64,000 nucleotides of DNA, from the NCBI RefSeq assembly GCF_009914755.1, contig NC_060930.1. One strand, written 5' to 3'. Origin of the DNA: the human T2T-CHM13v2.0 reference genome, Homo sapiens. This document shows, one piece after another, positions 44,170 through 60,601 of the stretch (within the stretch, counting starts at the first letter, position 1; every line of letters begins with the position of its first letter). The notes beneath the pieces are model-generated. The model ran no database searches, had not been told where the DNA came from, and was given only the letters and a program-made list of their open reading frames with translations. The position numbers and the translations under genes were made by a program.

Positions 44170-44390
44170 ACTAATGGCACATGTGTTGCACTAGTAGCCA
44201 GGCACTGACCTCAGTATGCATACTGATTATCTCACTTGATCTTATTAACCTTGTAAGGGGAGTACTATTATTATTATTATTTCCACTTTAAATGTGAAAG
44301 TTAAGGCTCAAAAAGATCATACAACTAATAAGTGGCAGAGCCACAGACATTTATAACTCCAGAATATATGCTTCTGACCACTAGGCTCTA
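44170..44390 (-). mobile_element. MIR
   Basis: 'gccaggcactg...gatcatacaactaataagtggcagagcc'. Confidence 0.7.
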
Positions 44391-44844
44391 ATACATGAAA
44401 TAGAAGTGATATATTTCATTGTACTGTAAAAACACTTCGTATATAACTTTATCATTCTGCTGATCATATGCTAAGCATATCAAGTTTTGTTTGGTTAGGC
44501 TTTCTTTCATTTTAATGACAAATCTTGGAAGACAAACTATGCTATGTTCTTTATGAAGGGAGCTCAGAACAAAATAGGCTGTCATTAACTGGCAAACACC
44601 AGTGATTCATGTGAAAGACTATTATCTTTGGTGAAAGAAGGAGTGCTAGGCTAAGGACCGGGAGCCAGGAATCTGCCATTTCCTGGCTGTGAAATTTATG
44701 TAAGCAATATTACTGGAATACATAGCCTACACATCCTTTCTAGCTCTGAAATTCTATGGTTCTCTTATAGAGCCCTTCAATTGAAGATCAGGCATTGTCT
44801 ATGTAAAAGGCGCATGTAATTCAAATCACAGGGAAAAATGTTTT

Positions 44845-44955
44845 ATACTTGGTTGTGTTGATGGCTGTACAACTCTGTGACTATACTAAAAGCCATTGAA
44901 TTGTACACTTTAAATGAGTGAGTTTTATGGTATGTGAATTAAATCTCAATTAAAC
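44845..44955 (+). mobile_element. L1MB/ME 3' end
   Basis: 'ccattgaattgtacactttaaatgagtgagttttatggtatgtgaatta'. Confidence 0.8.
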
Positions 44956-46770
44956 ATATGATAGCATATAATATAAAATAAAACACGCACACACACAAGT
45001 ACCATCCTCCCATTTAAACATTATTTGTCATGAAAGCAGCAGCAGCCAATTGATATTAAAATGAATAAAGTGAAATATTAAAGTAAAAATGTAATAATAT
45101 GTAATACAAATTACTCTGATAATTGTCAGTGTGATATAAGAAAAGATTTATCTCATGAAGAAAATAAATATGGTATGCTTTCTGGAATAGAGCTTTGAAC
45201 ATCTCTTCTCCAGAATTGCCCCTAATATCAGCTTTAGTGCAGGGCTGATGCCACAGAAATTGTTCGTTATGTTCAGTTGCACTTACACAGAAGGTGTTCT
45301 ACCTCAAGAGTGAGGTTGTTTTGAATGTCAGCTCAATTGTCCCGACTCCACATTCTGCAATTTCTTTTCATGTTTCTGTCATTCTCCTTCTCATTTTACA
45401 GCTAAAGAAATGGAGCAGAGAGGGATAAATTATTTATCCTTGGTCACTCAGAACTTCAGTCAGAGTCTAGATGCACACATTGCTACTAAATGGCACAATG
45501 ATAAAAAGACACTCTACCTTGCAATATTTTAATTTAACACAATAATGACTTATATAGACATATACTCAAAACTTATCCTACATTTTTGGATTCAATTATT
45601 ACTGCCCGGGCCAATTGCTAGTGCATAGTTTTGTTTGTGGGCCTTGAGTTTACCCAGCCCTCTTTTTTGCCCTTATTTACAACAGAACTTGAGAGTATAA
45701 ATATAGATAATCACCACTAGAAATAAGAATGAGTAGGTTCAATTTATAAATGAAGAATACTGTCTATTCCTCTTTTCTATCCACACAGAAACCCAAAGTA
45801 AAGAAACACACAGAAGCACACACAAAGTAACTAAATTTTCTCCAAACATCTAGGTTTTTCTTACATCTTAGAGCTCACTCTGATAAGAGTGTTCTAAGAT
45901 TTCTCCTACTAAAGTAAAAATTGAGTCAGAAAACTCCTGATTCTTTTTGTGAAACGAGTGTCTTATTACTGAACTAAGAAGATAGTTTTTCTAGTATTAA
46001 CGTCGTGTACAGTTTTGGTGTCAGGTGTCACATTGCCTCTCTGGAGATTCTTCCCCTTCACCCAGCGGCAATATCACAAAGAAGGAAGCATGTTTCTGCA
46101 AAAACAAAACAAACAAACAAAAAAAAACTCAGAGTAGTTTTGCAAATAGTGATAATATAATGTGGATGCAGTATTGAATATCGCTCACCAAGAATTCTGC
46201 ACACATTTCATTTTTAGGATGGGAAATTTCTATTTAGTCTATGGCTTTGTGTGTGACTGTGAGCCAGTTTCTTATTCAGAAGCTGAGGATGGCTTATTTT
46301 TTTTCCATCTTGATTATTTTCTTGGGATTTCTGGCCATCCTGTTGAAGCGCCTGCTGCTAGCAGGTGGGTCTCATCAGCATCTAAATGCAGGGATTGAGA
46401 TGCTCTATAAATGCCTGACTAAGGAGGTTAGAGAAACTTTCCTCTTCTACAAATACCCGCAGGATACAAGACCTCAAAAATGTATGCCTAGTCTTTGTAG
46501 ACATTTCTGTAGAATATTTTTTTCTCTTGGGATTCTTGCCACATTTCCCTCAAGCCTTTTAAAAATGATTTTTTTTTCATGTTTGAGACTAATTTTTCCC
46601 ATTGTAGGTGAATATTATTTAAGGAGCAGTTATTTTTAGACATGAAACTAATGAAACTGGAAAAAGTACAAACATACCTTTATCACAGGAGAGATCTTCA
46701 TATAAACCCTTTTCTCTCTTATGTTATATATCATGGAAGAAAACTTTCATGATGTGCCAGTGTGAAGACT

Positions 46771-47185
46771 TGATATGGGGTGAACTGTGTACTTCCCAAA
46801 TCCATATGTTGAAGCCCCACCCCCTCAGTGTGATGGCATTTGGAGGTGGGGCTTTTGAGAAATAATTAGGTTTAAATAAACTCATGATGATGGGGCCCCC
46901 ACAATGGGATTCGTGCCCTTGTAAGAAGGGACACTGGGAGCTTATGCTTGGGTGCTTGCATTCTCTCTCTCTTTCTTTCTCTCTCTTGCATGTGGGGACA
47001 CAGGGAGAAGTCCACCATTTACAAGATAGAAACAGCTCTCACCTGAAATAGGTGAGAAACAGCTCTCATTCTGCCAGACCTTGATCTTGGACTATCTAGT
47101 CTCTACAACTGTGAGAAAATTAATTTCTCTTATTTAAGCCACCCAGTCTATGGTATTTCGTATGGCAGCCTAAAGTGACTAAGGG
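46771..47185 (+). mobile_element. MLT1A0-like solo LTR
   Basis: 'atatgttgaagcc...tttggaggtggggc...tttaagccacccagtctatggtattt'. Confidence 0.85.
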
Positions 47186-47218
47186 GCTTTCCATATAACA
47201 AATATCTATGTAAATATG

Positions 47219-47270
47219 ACTTGGTTACTTTGGGTACTTTGGGTACTTGTTTACTTGGGTACTTTGATTA
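47219..47270. repeat. Degenerate (TTGGGTACT)n short tandem array
   Basis: ttggttactttgggtactttgggtacttgtttacttgggtactttgatta. Confidence 0.75.
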
Positions 47271-47599
47271 CAAAGTAGCCAACCTTAATTATCCATTAAA
47301 AAATCCACTGCACAAAATATCAAGAGGTTATAGCTGAAGAAAAAAATGTAGCATATTTTGTCCCATAAAATGTTCATGTTTCTCTAACAGGTTAAGAGAT
47401 TCAGTCACAAAATACTAGGACTCAGAGAGTTTATTGTATTTTACTTTCTTTTACCTCCTCCAGAGAGTGCTAAACTCAGAAAGGCAAAACAAGGTTAGAA
47501 TGAAGCCCATGCAAAGAAAATATGGACCTGAAGAAAAACAAGCTATGGACTATCTTCTGTCTCATGCTAGCAGTGGAATAGGAAAAGGACTCAAAAGAC

Positions 47600-49005
47600 T
47601 TCTACTGGCCATAATGAAGTACCTGTTACTATATTTGCTTTCCTACCATAAGCAACTATAAAACTGGACAATATATAGGCAACTGATCTCATGCATTTCA
47701 AGCAGCACAGGATTCTGATAATTAACAGAAGGAAAGCACATGAGGTGAGCTCTGACATTCACCCTACCTTTTGGCCTGGGGATACTTTTCTTATGATGGC
47801 ACAAAAGACAGAGCCCAAGTAGAATGGCAGTCTAACTAAATTGAGGAGGCAGAGATCAGAGTTCTGGGCTCTTGACACAGCTAAATTTGCAGAGCAGGAA
47901 ACCAGAAGAGAACTGAGCCTTGTGTGTGTGAAATGGGAGGTGGAGAGGATAGAAATATGCATGGAGGTTCACTCTGGATCCTTAACCAAGGGCTGGGCTG
48001 TGTGTGTAAGACCTAGTAGAGTAGCTGCTAAGGGGCTGAGAGAGGAATGGAGATACCAGAGGTTGCTTTGTGCTGGGAAACACTGAAGCTCCAATTCAGC
48101 CAGAATAGAGTCCTTATTGCCTTGAGAATTTAATTGAGATCTTAGAAAAGCCATACCTTTTGAGTAAGGACCACATGTTGTGGTAAGGGTCTCATTCTAA
48201 GACTAAGGATCAAACCAAAATAGACCTATGATTATAAAGAGTAAGACCAAACTTAAGGAGAGCAAAAAGTCCTTCTAGTAATTTAATTACCTGTCAGAAT
48301 AAAAGGCATTCCCCTTTAAAGAAATACAACATAATCCAGCCTCCCACAAGTTATAATTATATGTCCACCATATTATAAACAGTTACTTGACTTAAAAAGA
48401 AACAAGAAAATGCGACAAATAAACAAGAAAAAATAAATTTGATTAAAACAAAGATGAGTTAGATATCATTCTAAACACATATAAGAATATTAAAAAACTA
48501 TTATAGATAATGTTTAAAAACTATTGTAGATAATGTTTAAAGACTTAAATGTAAAGATAATCTTAATGAGTGTACAGATAGGGTATCTAAGCACAAAATT
48601 GAGACCTATAAAAAAGAAACAGATGAGAATTCTAGAATTAAAAAGCACAATTAAAAGTTCCCTGGGTGGACTTAACAGCAGATTGGAGAAGGTAGAAAAT
48701 TGTCATTGAACTTGAAAACATATCTGTAGAATTATTCAATCTAAAGAACTCTGAGAAAAAACATTTAATAAATTCACCAAGCCTCCATGACCTGTGGAAC
48801 ACTATTAGGCATCTGTCATTGGAGGGAGATGACAGAGTGGGGCAGAAAACAAATTTGAAGAATTAATAGTTGAAAAGTTCATAAATTTGATGAAAACTAT
48901 CAAATCACATACTGAAGAACCTTAGCAAAACCCATACAAGATAAATAGAATGAAAACCTAGCAACATTATAGTCAAACTACTGAAACCAAAGATATCAAG
49001 AAAAT
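47600..49005 (+). mobile_element. Old L1M 5'/ORF1 relic with a 23-bp tandem duplication near 48493-48540
   Basis: 'gtggacttaacagcagattgg...gaacttgaaaaca...tagtcaaactactgaaaccaaaga'. Confidence 0.7.
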
Positions 49006-49424
49006 ATATATTTTTTAAGTCTTAACTACCGACTTTTGGGAAAGACAATAGATTTTGCACCAGATTCACAATAAAGAAAATGATTTTGTTATAAATCTCA
49101 GGGGGAAAGAGCAAAATTAGCTCTCAAAACTCACAAATATTTCAATCTATTTCATCATGATAAAGATTAATCAGATAAGGATTCGGAGCAGAGGTCATTA
49201 CTGATAATAGTTGCATTTTGCTGTGCTATTCTTTTTACCTATATCTTTTGGGAAGCAGGTTCAGCAGCAGGAGTAAGTGGCTATAGAAGGTGTGGGGATT
49301 CACTCCTTTGTTATTACCGTCACTGATGGCATTTTTTTTCAAAAGGCTAATCTAGAATAGTTTTATTTCATTTCTTACTTCTAGGATTTATTTAAAATAA
49401 TAATTGCATCTGATTGAATTACCA

Positions 49425-49645
49425 AATAATTAAACATTTACTATGTGTCAGGTGCTTTTAATTACATCATGCCATTTGATCCCCATAACATTATTAGAAA
49501 TAAGCATTATAGTCACTATTTTTACAGTAGAGGACATTGAAACTTAAGAAAGGTTAGAAAAATTTGCCCTAATCATGCAGCTACTTAACTAGGGATTCAA
49601 ATTCAGTATTATCTAACTCTAAAACAAATGTTTTTTCAGTGTTAT
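49425..49645 (-). mobile_element. MIR
   Basis: 'tactatgtgtcagg...tttttacagtagaggacattga...gggattcaaattcag'. Confidence 0.7.
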
Positions 49646-50093
49646 ACAAATAATTACATAATTACCTGGATTTATAAGGGATTCTTGTTTGTTTTATTTT
49701 CTCTTGTATTTTTGGAAAGACGCTTTAAAATTAAATATCTCTTATAGAATTGCTAAGGTAAGAACAACACTTATATAGCCAAATGCTTTGATGTGCTCCA
49801 TCAGCAAGGAATAGGTAAAAGACTAAGGCAAAGTGCTGATTAGTCAACACTATGAGCTTAATTATTAGGACAGCATTGCTTATGTACGGCTGCAAACATA
49901 GAATTATAAGTAATAAAGCTAAAATATAAAATTCTTATTGTCATAACTAAGGACATTTGATTTTTAATATTATATAAAATAATATAGAGATGTGCCACAA
50001 ATAATATAACAATCATTCATGTGTTGGTCATATTTCAACAAATGCTAACTTTTAAGAATTTTTTTTAATGTTATGTTTTTTTTTTAAATTTTT

Positions 50094-51732
<1,639 letters not shown>

Positions 51733-51751
51733 CTATGTAAGCATTTCCCTC

Positions 51752-52112
51752 TGTGATACACATTAGTGCTACTCACCAATAGTTATTATTGTTTTTCTTC
51801 TAGTATAGATGGGATTGGATTTCTCTGCTCCTTGGGCTTGGGTCTGGCTTGATAAATGGCTTTAGCCAATAAAATATGAGTAGATGTCACATACGTAACT
51901 TTCATGTACAATTGCCAATACTAAAATGGAAGAGTCTCCAAAGCTTTCCTCCTTTGTTACTATGGTCTTTAAGGACATGTTAATGTGGAGGTGAAATGTC
52001 AAGCCATTGCATTGAGAACAGTTGGCTTTGGTAGCAGACTTCATTGTTTTAAGCCACTAATATTTTGGGGTTGTTTGTTTATCAGCACAATCTAGACTAT
52101 CCTGACTACAAC
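51752..52112 (+). mobile_element. MLT1J/I-like LTR
   Basis: 'gctttagccaataaaatatgagtagatgtcac' and 'ttgttttaagccactaatattttggggttgtttgtt'. Confidence 0.65.
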
Positions 52113-52145
52113 ACCCTCTCAGCACCTCATCAACACCCTCTTGCC

Positions 52146-52218
52146 CTTCCAAATCAGCAAAGGAAATAAAGGCTACCACTGTCAAAATTCGCCTTTATTT
52201 TCTTTGCTGATTTGGAAG
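52146..52218. repeat. Inverted repeat, 28-bp stem and 17-nt loop
   Basis: cttccaaatcagcaaaggaaataaaggc / gcctttattttctttgctgatttggaag, 27 of 28 Watson-Crick pairs. Confidence 0.95.
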
Positions 52219-52647
52219 TATAGATTATATTTCTTTTCATTTAGTGAACACCTACTACATTTTATTTTACTTACTTAAATATACATTTTTTTCTAACAAA
52301 GTAAAGTTATTCAAAATATTTATCTATACTTAAAAATGCATAATATGCTTTGACTATTCATACAATCCCAATTCCATATCATTTCTTATTAACTATTATA
52401 TAGAATTGTATCTATAATTGTTAAAGTAGAAAATACTCTTAAGCTTTTATCATCTAAACTTTTAAAGATTTGTTCATATTCTGAAATGATAATTTAATTA
52501 AGCACAGAATTCTAATGGAAAGTTATTTAACCCCAGTAACTGGAAGATATCACTCCACTTGGTTCTACAAGCTATTGTTACCATAAGATTTGTTTTGTCT
52601 TATGAATGTTTTTCATTTATAATTAGTCTTTGTTTTAAAAAAAAATG

Positions 52648-53279
<632 letters not shown>

Positions 53280-53302
53280 TGCTCTCATGCTGTCTTATTT
53301 GT

Positions 53303-53684
53303 GTAGGTTGTTACAATAACGGTCCTGATACACAATGCCTCTCAGTATCCAAGCTCTTATGTAGTCCTTTCCACACTGACTCTAGGCTTGGTCATGTGAT
53401 TTGCTTTGTCCAATAGGATATCAGCAAATGTGACATAAGCAGAGGCTGAATATAAGCTTGTGCACTGGGGATGGCCCTGTTGAAACCCTGAGATCACTAT
53501 CTTACAAGGACTCATGGTCTAGCCTTCCTGACGTAATCCCAGCCAACCCTCCAGCAGAACGCAGCCACAGAAAATATCAGCAGAATCAAGGCAACACTCA
53601 GAATTATGAAAAAGTATAATTTCTTGTTGTGTTAAGTCACTGAGTTTTGGAGCTATTTTTATATAACAATAGTTAAGCAATACA
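53303..53684 (+). mobile_element. MLT1H/G-like LTR
   Basis: 'ggcttggtcatgtgatttgctttgtccaatagg...gttaagtcactgagttttgg...aataca'. Confidence 0.7.
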
Positions 53685-54443
53685 ATGTCTGATTTTTAAA
53701 TCTCTCCCTCCCAATAATATGTTTCAAATTACATACAAATTTTTGTACCTAATTAAGATGATGGCATACAAAACAAGCTTTTCAGATTTTGCAACTTATG
53801 TTTTGTTATTCCTAGAATGAAGTCATAGTATTCTGGGGTACAATTAATCATATTATGAACTTATGTCAGACTCAAGATCTGAACTCAGGAAAAAAAAAGG
53901 AGCAGATTAAATATATAAATTAAACAATGTTGAGGGCATGGAGAGAAATCAAGATTACGTTGTTATAGGTAGAAAACTGTTCATTTGAAAATGCCATGCC
54001 TCTGAAGAAAACAACAGGGTGATGTTGGGAGGTGTGGTGGAAGATGTGAGTAGTAATTACCGTTGTGATTTTCATTCCCTAAGAAATGAAATCCAATTTT
54101 ACATGGAAAAGGCACATGGTTGCCTCTCATGTTTACATGGAGACTTCCCGTCATAGTTCCTTGGAAGCCATGTGTCTAACTTAACGATCAGACTTCCAGT
54201 TAGTCATTTGCTGGTGTTAAATCTGGCAGAGTGAATTGTACAGTCGAGAAGTGACCACTCTCACGATGGAATTTAGGTAGAACAACTGCAAAGTGTTTTC
54301 CAAGTGCTTCCCAAGGGGCATGGATAACTCCCTCCTTAAAAGCAGATTACCTCTTCATTTTTTACTAACAGTGTGTCTATGTCTCTTGAACTCAGGATTA
54401 TTCTGACTTGAGACTAATGAATATATATACATATATATGTATA

Positions 54444-54719
54444 TATATTTATCTTTGATGCAGTGTATTTAGTTTCCTTGCAATGTAACCAAATGTGAAT
54501 TTATTTCTCTTGACCAAACATTTTACTTTTTGAACACTTTAAATCTCAGAACTCATGTTTTTTTTTTTTTTTAATTCTAGAAAGTTCTCAATAACCCTTT
54601 AATCAGTAACACCAGTTCTCACATTGACAACCCATTGATTAGTTTATGCTCTCCCCAGGTGTGTAAGTGTGCTAAATTTAGAACACGAGTTATTATTCTT
54701 TAGGGGTAGCTCTAAATGT
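54444..54719 (+). repeat. Local duplication, copy 2, embedded in (TA)n within an Alu tail
   Basis: Colinear with 52648-52921; (TA)n-rich tracts on both sides. Confidence 0.95.
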
Positions 54720-54733
54720 GAGTATATATATAA

Positions 54734-55096
<363 letters not shown>

Positions 55097-55499
55097 GGCT
55101 AATGAATATATTAAAGAAATTGAATAAACTCAATTAGGACTGATAAAGGGGGAATCATCTTTACTGAGTAACCTGGAACTTTCCTAAGTACCTGGTTAGG
55201 GGGTATAGAAGCTAAGCTAATAGTTAGGTCTACAGCAGTCAAAAGGCTCTTTATTTTTAAGGAATACTTTTATGTGGAAACTTAAATTAGGAAAACGAAG
55301 ATTATCTTCCTAACAAATTCACAAAAGCAATGAAAGCAAAATAAAAGATTTAAGAGGAGCTGTTTGCACATTTTAGATCCTTATAATCAGTCTGACCATA
55401 CTTTTATTTATCCCCAGCCAACTTTTAATTTCAACAGATAGAGTTGCCTCTTGTAGTCATGATATTTCCTCTCCAGTAACAAAGGCTTGAGAAATCATA

Positions 55500-56070
55500 A
55501 GAACACTAATAATTAATGCACTGTAGTAAGTAACAAGTAAGCAGTTTTTACCTTCTAGATGGACTGGGGAAGGCTTTCTAAAAAAGATGATAATTCAGTG
55601 GGCCTGTAGAGAGTGAATAGAGTTTGCAAGATAAAACATGAGAAGAAAGCATTTCCAGACCAATGAAAGAGACAAGTAATAGCATGAAGATATTGAAACC
55701 CCTGCTAAGTTGGGGGAGTCATTTTAGTTGTCTTGCTTAATTAGGACTTAGGATGCATGGACACATTGGGATAGTTATCAAATGCTATTGAAAAGTTTGT
55801 TTGGAATAAGATTCTAAGGAATCTTGTCTACCAAAGCAATCCATTTGCTGATCATTTGAGGGAGCCACCAGAGATTAGTAGGCAGAGAAAAGAATAATGA
55901 GAATTAGGCATTTTCTAATTTTTCTTTTTTCCCATATCCATATTTTAGGATAATACTGGAGGCTGCCATGGGAGAAGTCTGCACAAAAAGAGCAAGTTTA
56001 AGAGCTTCAGGAGTCATAAATGGCTTGAGAAGATTATGCTAGAGATTGAAGCAGATGGAAGATTCTAGAA
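55500..56070 (-). mobile_element. L2 relic
   Basis: 'ggggaaggctttct...gaatagagtttgcaag...agcatttccag' and 'gggagccaccagag'. Confidence 0.45.
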
Positions 56071-57851
56071 ACAGAAAGCATTCTTTTCATTGGTGTGAGT
56101 CTTGAATATAAATGGAAATCAGAGGTCTGTAATAGCAGGCCAGTGTGGATAAGGCAGTAAGGTTTTGAGTCTGAGGAGATGGCTGGGGGCAGTTTGTAGA
56201 CTTATTGTCAGTCCAGTGTAGAATTTGAGAATATAGCCAGGGCTTAAGGTTCCAGTTTCAAATTAAAGACAAAAGAAATCAGCAATACCAAAATGAAGAC
56301 AGAAGCCTGGGAATTGTGCCTCAAGATCTGGACTGAGAGGACATTTCTACACAACAGCTCCCCTAAGGGCAGGGCTATGACCGTTGTTGCTAAGCTGTCA
56401 CCATCTCTCCTTCCCTATTAGACTGGCTTCTGTGGGGTAATTAACCAGTACAAGGATGTATGGGAAGCTCTTCTGAGAAGACCTCACATTAAAACAAAGT
56501 GTTGTTATTCAAGCTGGGTCATATTTGGGCACCTTGTTATTACAGCTTTGAGGAGGGATATCAAACTGTCATATTCACCTATGAGTTTAGGATCAGTGGA
56601 GGGAAGAGAACAGAAGGGCCACACAGAAGGGGAAGCTCAGGCACAGATGGCCAGCAGCCAGGCTCGCTGTAGAGGTGAGATTATCAAACATGACCATACA
56701 AAGGCTGCAGAGGCAAGATGCTTCCAATAGCCAGGAAGAATGTGGGCAGGGGAGAATTTGGTCCATTTGAAGTCAGAATTATACATGAAGACACTTGTAA
56801 TCAAATAAATGCAGAACATATTTGTAAAGGGAAATAAAGTAGGAGTTAATTTTTTTTAACAAATTATGATTGAAATCTAAAATACCAAGATTAACATTCT
56901 ACAAGGGTATTAATACAACAATGCCATTTTAACTCAAAGAATGTCTAAATATTTGTACAAAATAGCTGCTTACTGATGCTTGTGAAAAGGAAGAGATTGC
57001 TTCCCAGCACACTGTATCAGAGAGCCATGATAATAGCCATAGCTTAAGCAGACAAAGTAAAATGTAAAAATCCAAAAAAGTATCCATCACTACTACCACC
57101 ACTCTTTAAAAATGCAAAGCTATTATTTATGGTGCATTCCAATTCAGTTAACTTCCTTCTTGCCTTTAAATAGATGCCCCTGACTTAATTGAAGTGTTTT
57201 AATTAATAACATAAAAATAACAAATTGGAACTAGAAAATGATTACAAAATAGAAGAAAAGCCTGGGAATGTCAAGAGGTTCTTAAGAATATCAGATAAGT
57301 GAGCTCATTCAGTGATAGAACAAGAAATACTAGAGGGATAAGCTGAAAGCTACATAGGACTGAAGTTTTTTAGACTCTACATTTATCAAAGTATTGGGTC
57401 AATTTTGTTGTGGACATCAAAAGCTATCTCAAGAAAAAGCTCAAATTATTACACTGCACTGGAATTTTAGTTTATCCATTAAGATTTGTAGGGAGCAAAA
57501 CAGCAGCTTCCTTGTTATAATGCTGTTTGTCCTAATGAGGGGAGCTTAAGGGAGGCAGAGAGAGAAGCACATACTGTCTTATTTCAATATGAAACCCAAA
57601 CAGCAAGCAACTGTCTCTTCTACAGAAGTGCAACCTCAAAGAGTTCTGAGAGTTTTTGCCGTATCACAGCTGGGACCTTGTTGTAGTCCAAATTAGTGTG
57701 TGTTCCTCAATATCCTAAGGGAGGTTCAGATATCCTTTCAATCATTCTCCTGGAATTCTGGCTTCTGAGAATTTGATATGAAATGGAAATTGACTAACAC
57801 GAAGAAAAGACAGAAACTTGGCCTAAGGCCAACCATTTTCTTTCCTTAGTA

Positions 57852-57977
57852 CAGGGTAACCATATAACTTATTTTCAAACTTGGACAGACTCCGAAGGGG
57901 GCTCTTTTAAGAACTGTGCCAGGACAATGGGAGTCGGTAGCAACTGTCCCAGGTAAATGGAACATATACTCCATTTA
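57852..57977 (+). mobile_element. MER94-like hAT-Blackjack MITE
   Basis: 'agggtaaccatataacttattttcaaacttggaca...aagggggc...gccaggacaa...actgtcccagg'. Confidence 0.7.
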
Positions 57978-59047
57978 GTCATAGAGAATCTATGTCTAAT
58001 ATATTGTTTCTTTAGTTTTTGTATATCTTAGTAGCTAAATATAACTAAATGTAGCTAGTCTTTATAAAGTGTAAGCTTTTTATTCTTTAATACTGTGTGG
58101 CTTTGTGAGACTATTTGGTGTCACATAGGCCCTGTACCTCTGAGTTTACTGAGAATAAAAACTTATGATTCAAAAAGTTAAGCAATCATTAACTAAGTAA
58201 CTCCAAAGAGCCCTAAGAGATCACACAAATATGGATTTCTACTCTATAAGTTTAATTAGTCATAGTACAGAGTGACTTATGAGAAGCCTCATGCCTCACG
58301 AATGATGAACGTTGAATCTGTTCATAAATAATAGATTAAACTTTAAATCAATAACCATTAGAGAAAACAGAAATATATTATGGTGAGTTTCATTCATATA
58401 TATATCTGCCCCTTTCTATATATTTTAATTAAACCAATTTAAGTCATAAATTCTTCAATTATAATTCAGCCATAGGTCCTTTCCTCAAAAACGAAAGATA
58501 GTCATCTGGCATTAAAAGAGGAAGAAGGAAGTGATCACTAACAGCTGGAATCAATGATCATATATAAATATAAACCATGGTTCTCGGGGCCACTGTTTGT
58601 TTTTGTTTCGTGTTTTTTTGTCAATATTGAAATTGTCCTGCAAAGTCAAAGTCATCTTTCTAAATCTAGTTGCTAATACTATGGCATTCTCTTTTTTGCT
58701 ATTCTTAGTATTGTAAGAATGTGAACTCAGAACCTATTAATAGAAAGTCTTCCCTTTGGAAAATGGAGCTTAGACCCAGAAAGGAGGGTGCTGCATACCA
58801 GCTCTCTGCTCTCCTCCTCTGAACAGTCTCTCCCCTAGGTTTCCCCTCCTCCTCCTCCTCCTCCTCTCCCTGCAGGTTGGTCCCTCCATCTCGTCACCAT
58901 TCTGACCTCTTTAAATTTCTTTGTATAGAATTTTTTAAATAAAATTTCTTTTTATAGCTAGAGTCCTATTTTTTTCCTCTTTGTTTTGGGCCTAATCTAT
59001 CAAGTATTAACATATACAGTTTTTCTAATGTGGGAGGAACAAGATTG

Positions 59048-59150
59048 CTCATTCATTCAACACATTTTGATTGAGAGCCCACCATGTTCCAGATGCAAGG
59101 ATCAGCAGTGAATAAAAAGACATAAAAATCCCTGCCCTCATGAATCTTAG
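59048..59150 (-). mobile_element. L2a 3' end
   Basis: 'cattcattcaacacattttgattgag...cagcagtgaataaaaagac...aatccctgccctcatg'. Confidence 0.75.
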
Positions 59151-59209
59151 AGGACAAAAGAAAGCCACTCTCAGGTTCATCAGAAGAGTGTAATATATAT
59201 ATAACAACC

Positions 59210-59990
59210 CTTCCTAGTACTAAGATTAACTACCTTTATCTTCTGGTATTCATTTCATAATATATGCGGTATTTATGTTACATATGTATGTAAATGCATA
59301 GAAAAGTTTGGGAATAACAATAATAAAATAGGTTCATTTTGCATGTGTGTGTTGTATATGTGTGTAATCATACAATACATTCAGTAATTTGCTTTTGGCG
59401 TTTAATAGATTTTTTTTCCTTGGTTTTTCATCAAAATATATTTCCCTGTCAGCACATATAAATTTATCTCATCATTTTCATGACTGCTTAGTGAAGATGT
59501 GCCTTGTACCTATTGTAGGACATTCAAGGTTGCTTCCAAAATTTCAGTGTTTTGGATAATGCCCCACTGTCTTGCACATATCTTTTGCAAAGATGTCAGG
59601 ATTCCTGTGGGATTGATTCCCAGTTGCTAAGTCAAAAGAGATGACTATGTTACCTATAGACAAACACTGCATGTTACAGGATGTACCTCAGCATCTGGAG
59701 AAAAATGCAACTCAGAGAAAAAGTATTGGGTATGAAAGAAAAACCTCTGTACTAATCTATATAGGGTATGGCTGCATTCCTCCTTTATCAGAAGCAGAAG
59801 TCTCTGTTGTCACTTTAACAATGGAAAATAAAGGTACAGAACATAAGAAATAATTGTGTACATTTAGGGGGTAGGATTAAAAAGATGAAGAAACTGGGGG
59901 CAGGGAAACTTTTATTTTCACTTTTCCCTTCTATGCCATTTGACTTGTTTATAACAGGTAGGTATTCATTTTATTTAAAACTAAGTAAAT
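59210..59990. mobile_element. Old L1ME/MC 3' fragments
   Basis: 'ggacattcaaggttgcttccaa...ttgcacatatctttt' and 'agggaaacttttattttcacttttc'. Confidence 0.45.
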
Positions 59991-60601
59991 TTTCATAAAC
60001 TATATATAAAAAATAATATTTTCCCTGTGTTCTCCCAGTGAAAACCGTAAAGCTTCATTCATCCAAGAGAAATGACAGGTTTGGGGTTTTTATGAATAAA
60101 GTTTAATTGAAGAACTGCTTCTGAAAACTTAAGGGTGACAGGAGAAAGCTTGTCCAAGTAATCAACTTTTCAAAGTCAAGAATGAAAAATAAATTTAAAA
60201 TGCCTGTCAACCTCAATCTTGATTTCTTTTCAGATCAACAGAGCAGTTTCATGTTGAGGACAGTTATGTAAAGAGTCAAACACAAGGAGTTATTGGTATA
60301 TCAAAATTAATTTTGTTAAGTTAATTAAGCAGCTTTCTTCCCTGTATCCCATACCTCTGCTTTGTATACATGGCTCTTTTAATTCCTACTTTACCTCCTA
60401 GGTTAATTTTTTTTTCTGTCTTGGTTAAGAGGTTCAGAAGCAACTCCATGAATAATGAATAAAAACCTAAAAATGATTTGTTTCATGGTAGTCTGTATGA
60501 TTTAACATTGCAAGGTTCTAGCTGGCTTTACAGCTCCTGATCCAGCAAGTTACATAACTTTTGGCTTAATTTCTAAAGATTAACTGTTTATGTGGAGTGG
60601 C

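Noticed and set aside
47219-47270. Short repeat array considered as CRISPR-like or telomere-like
   Set aside because: 9-bp degenerate units without spacers, not TTAGGG, in a eukaryotic context
56330-56730. Possible ancient ERVL-type LTR
   Set aside because: Resemblance is too weak to assign a family or boundaries by eye
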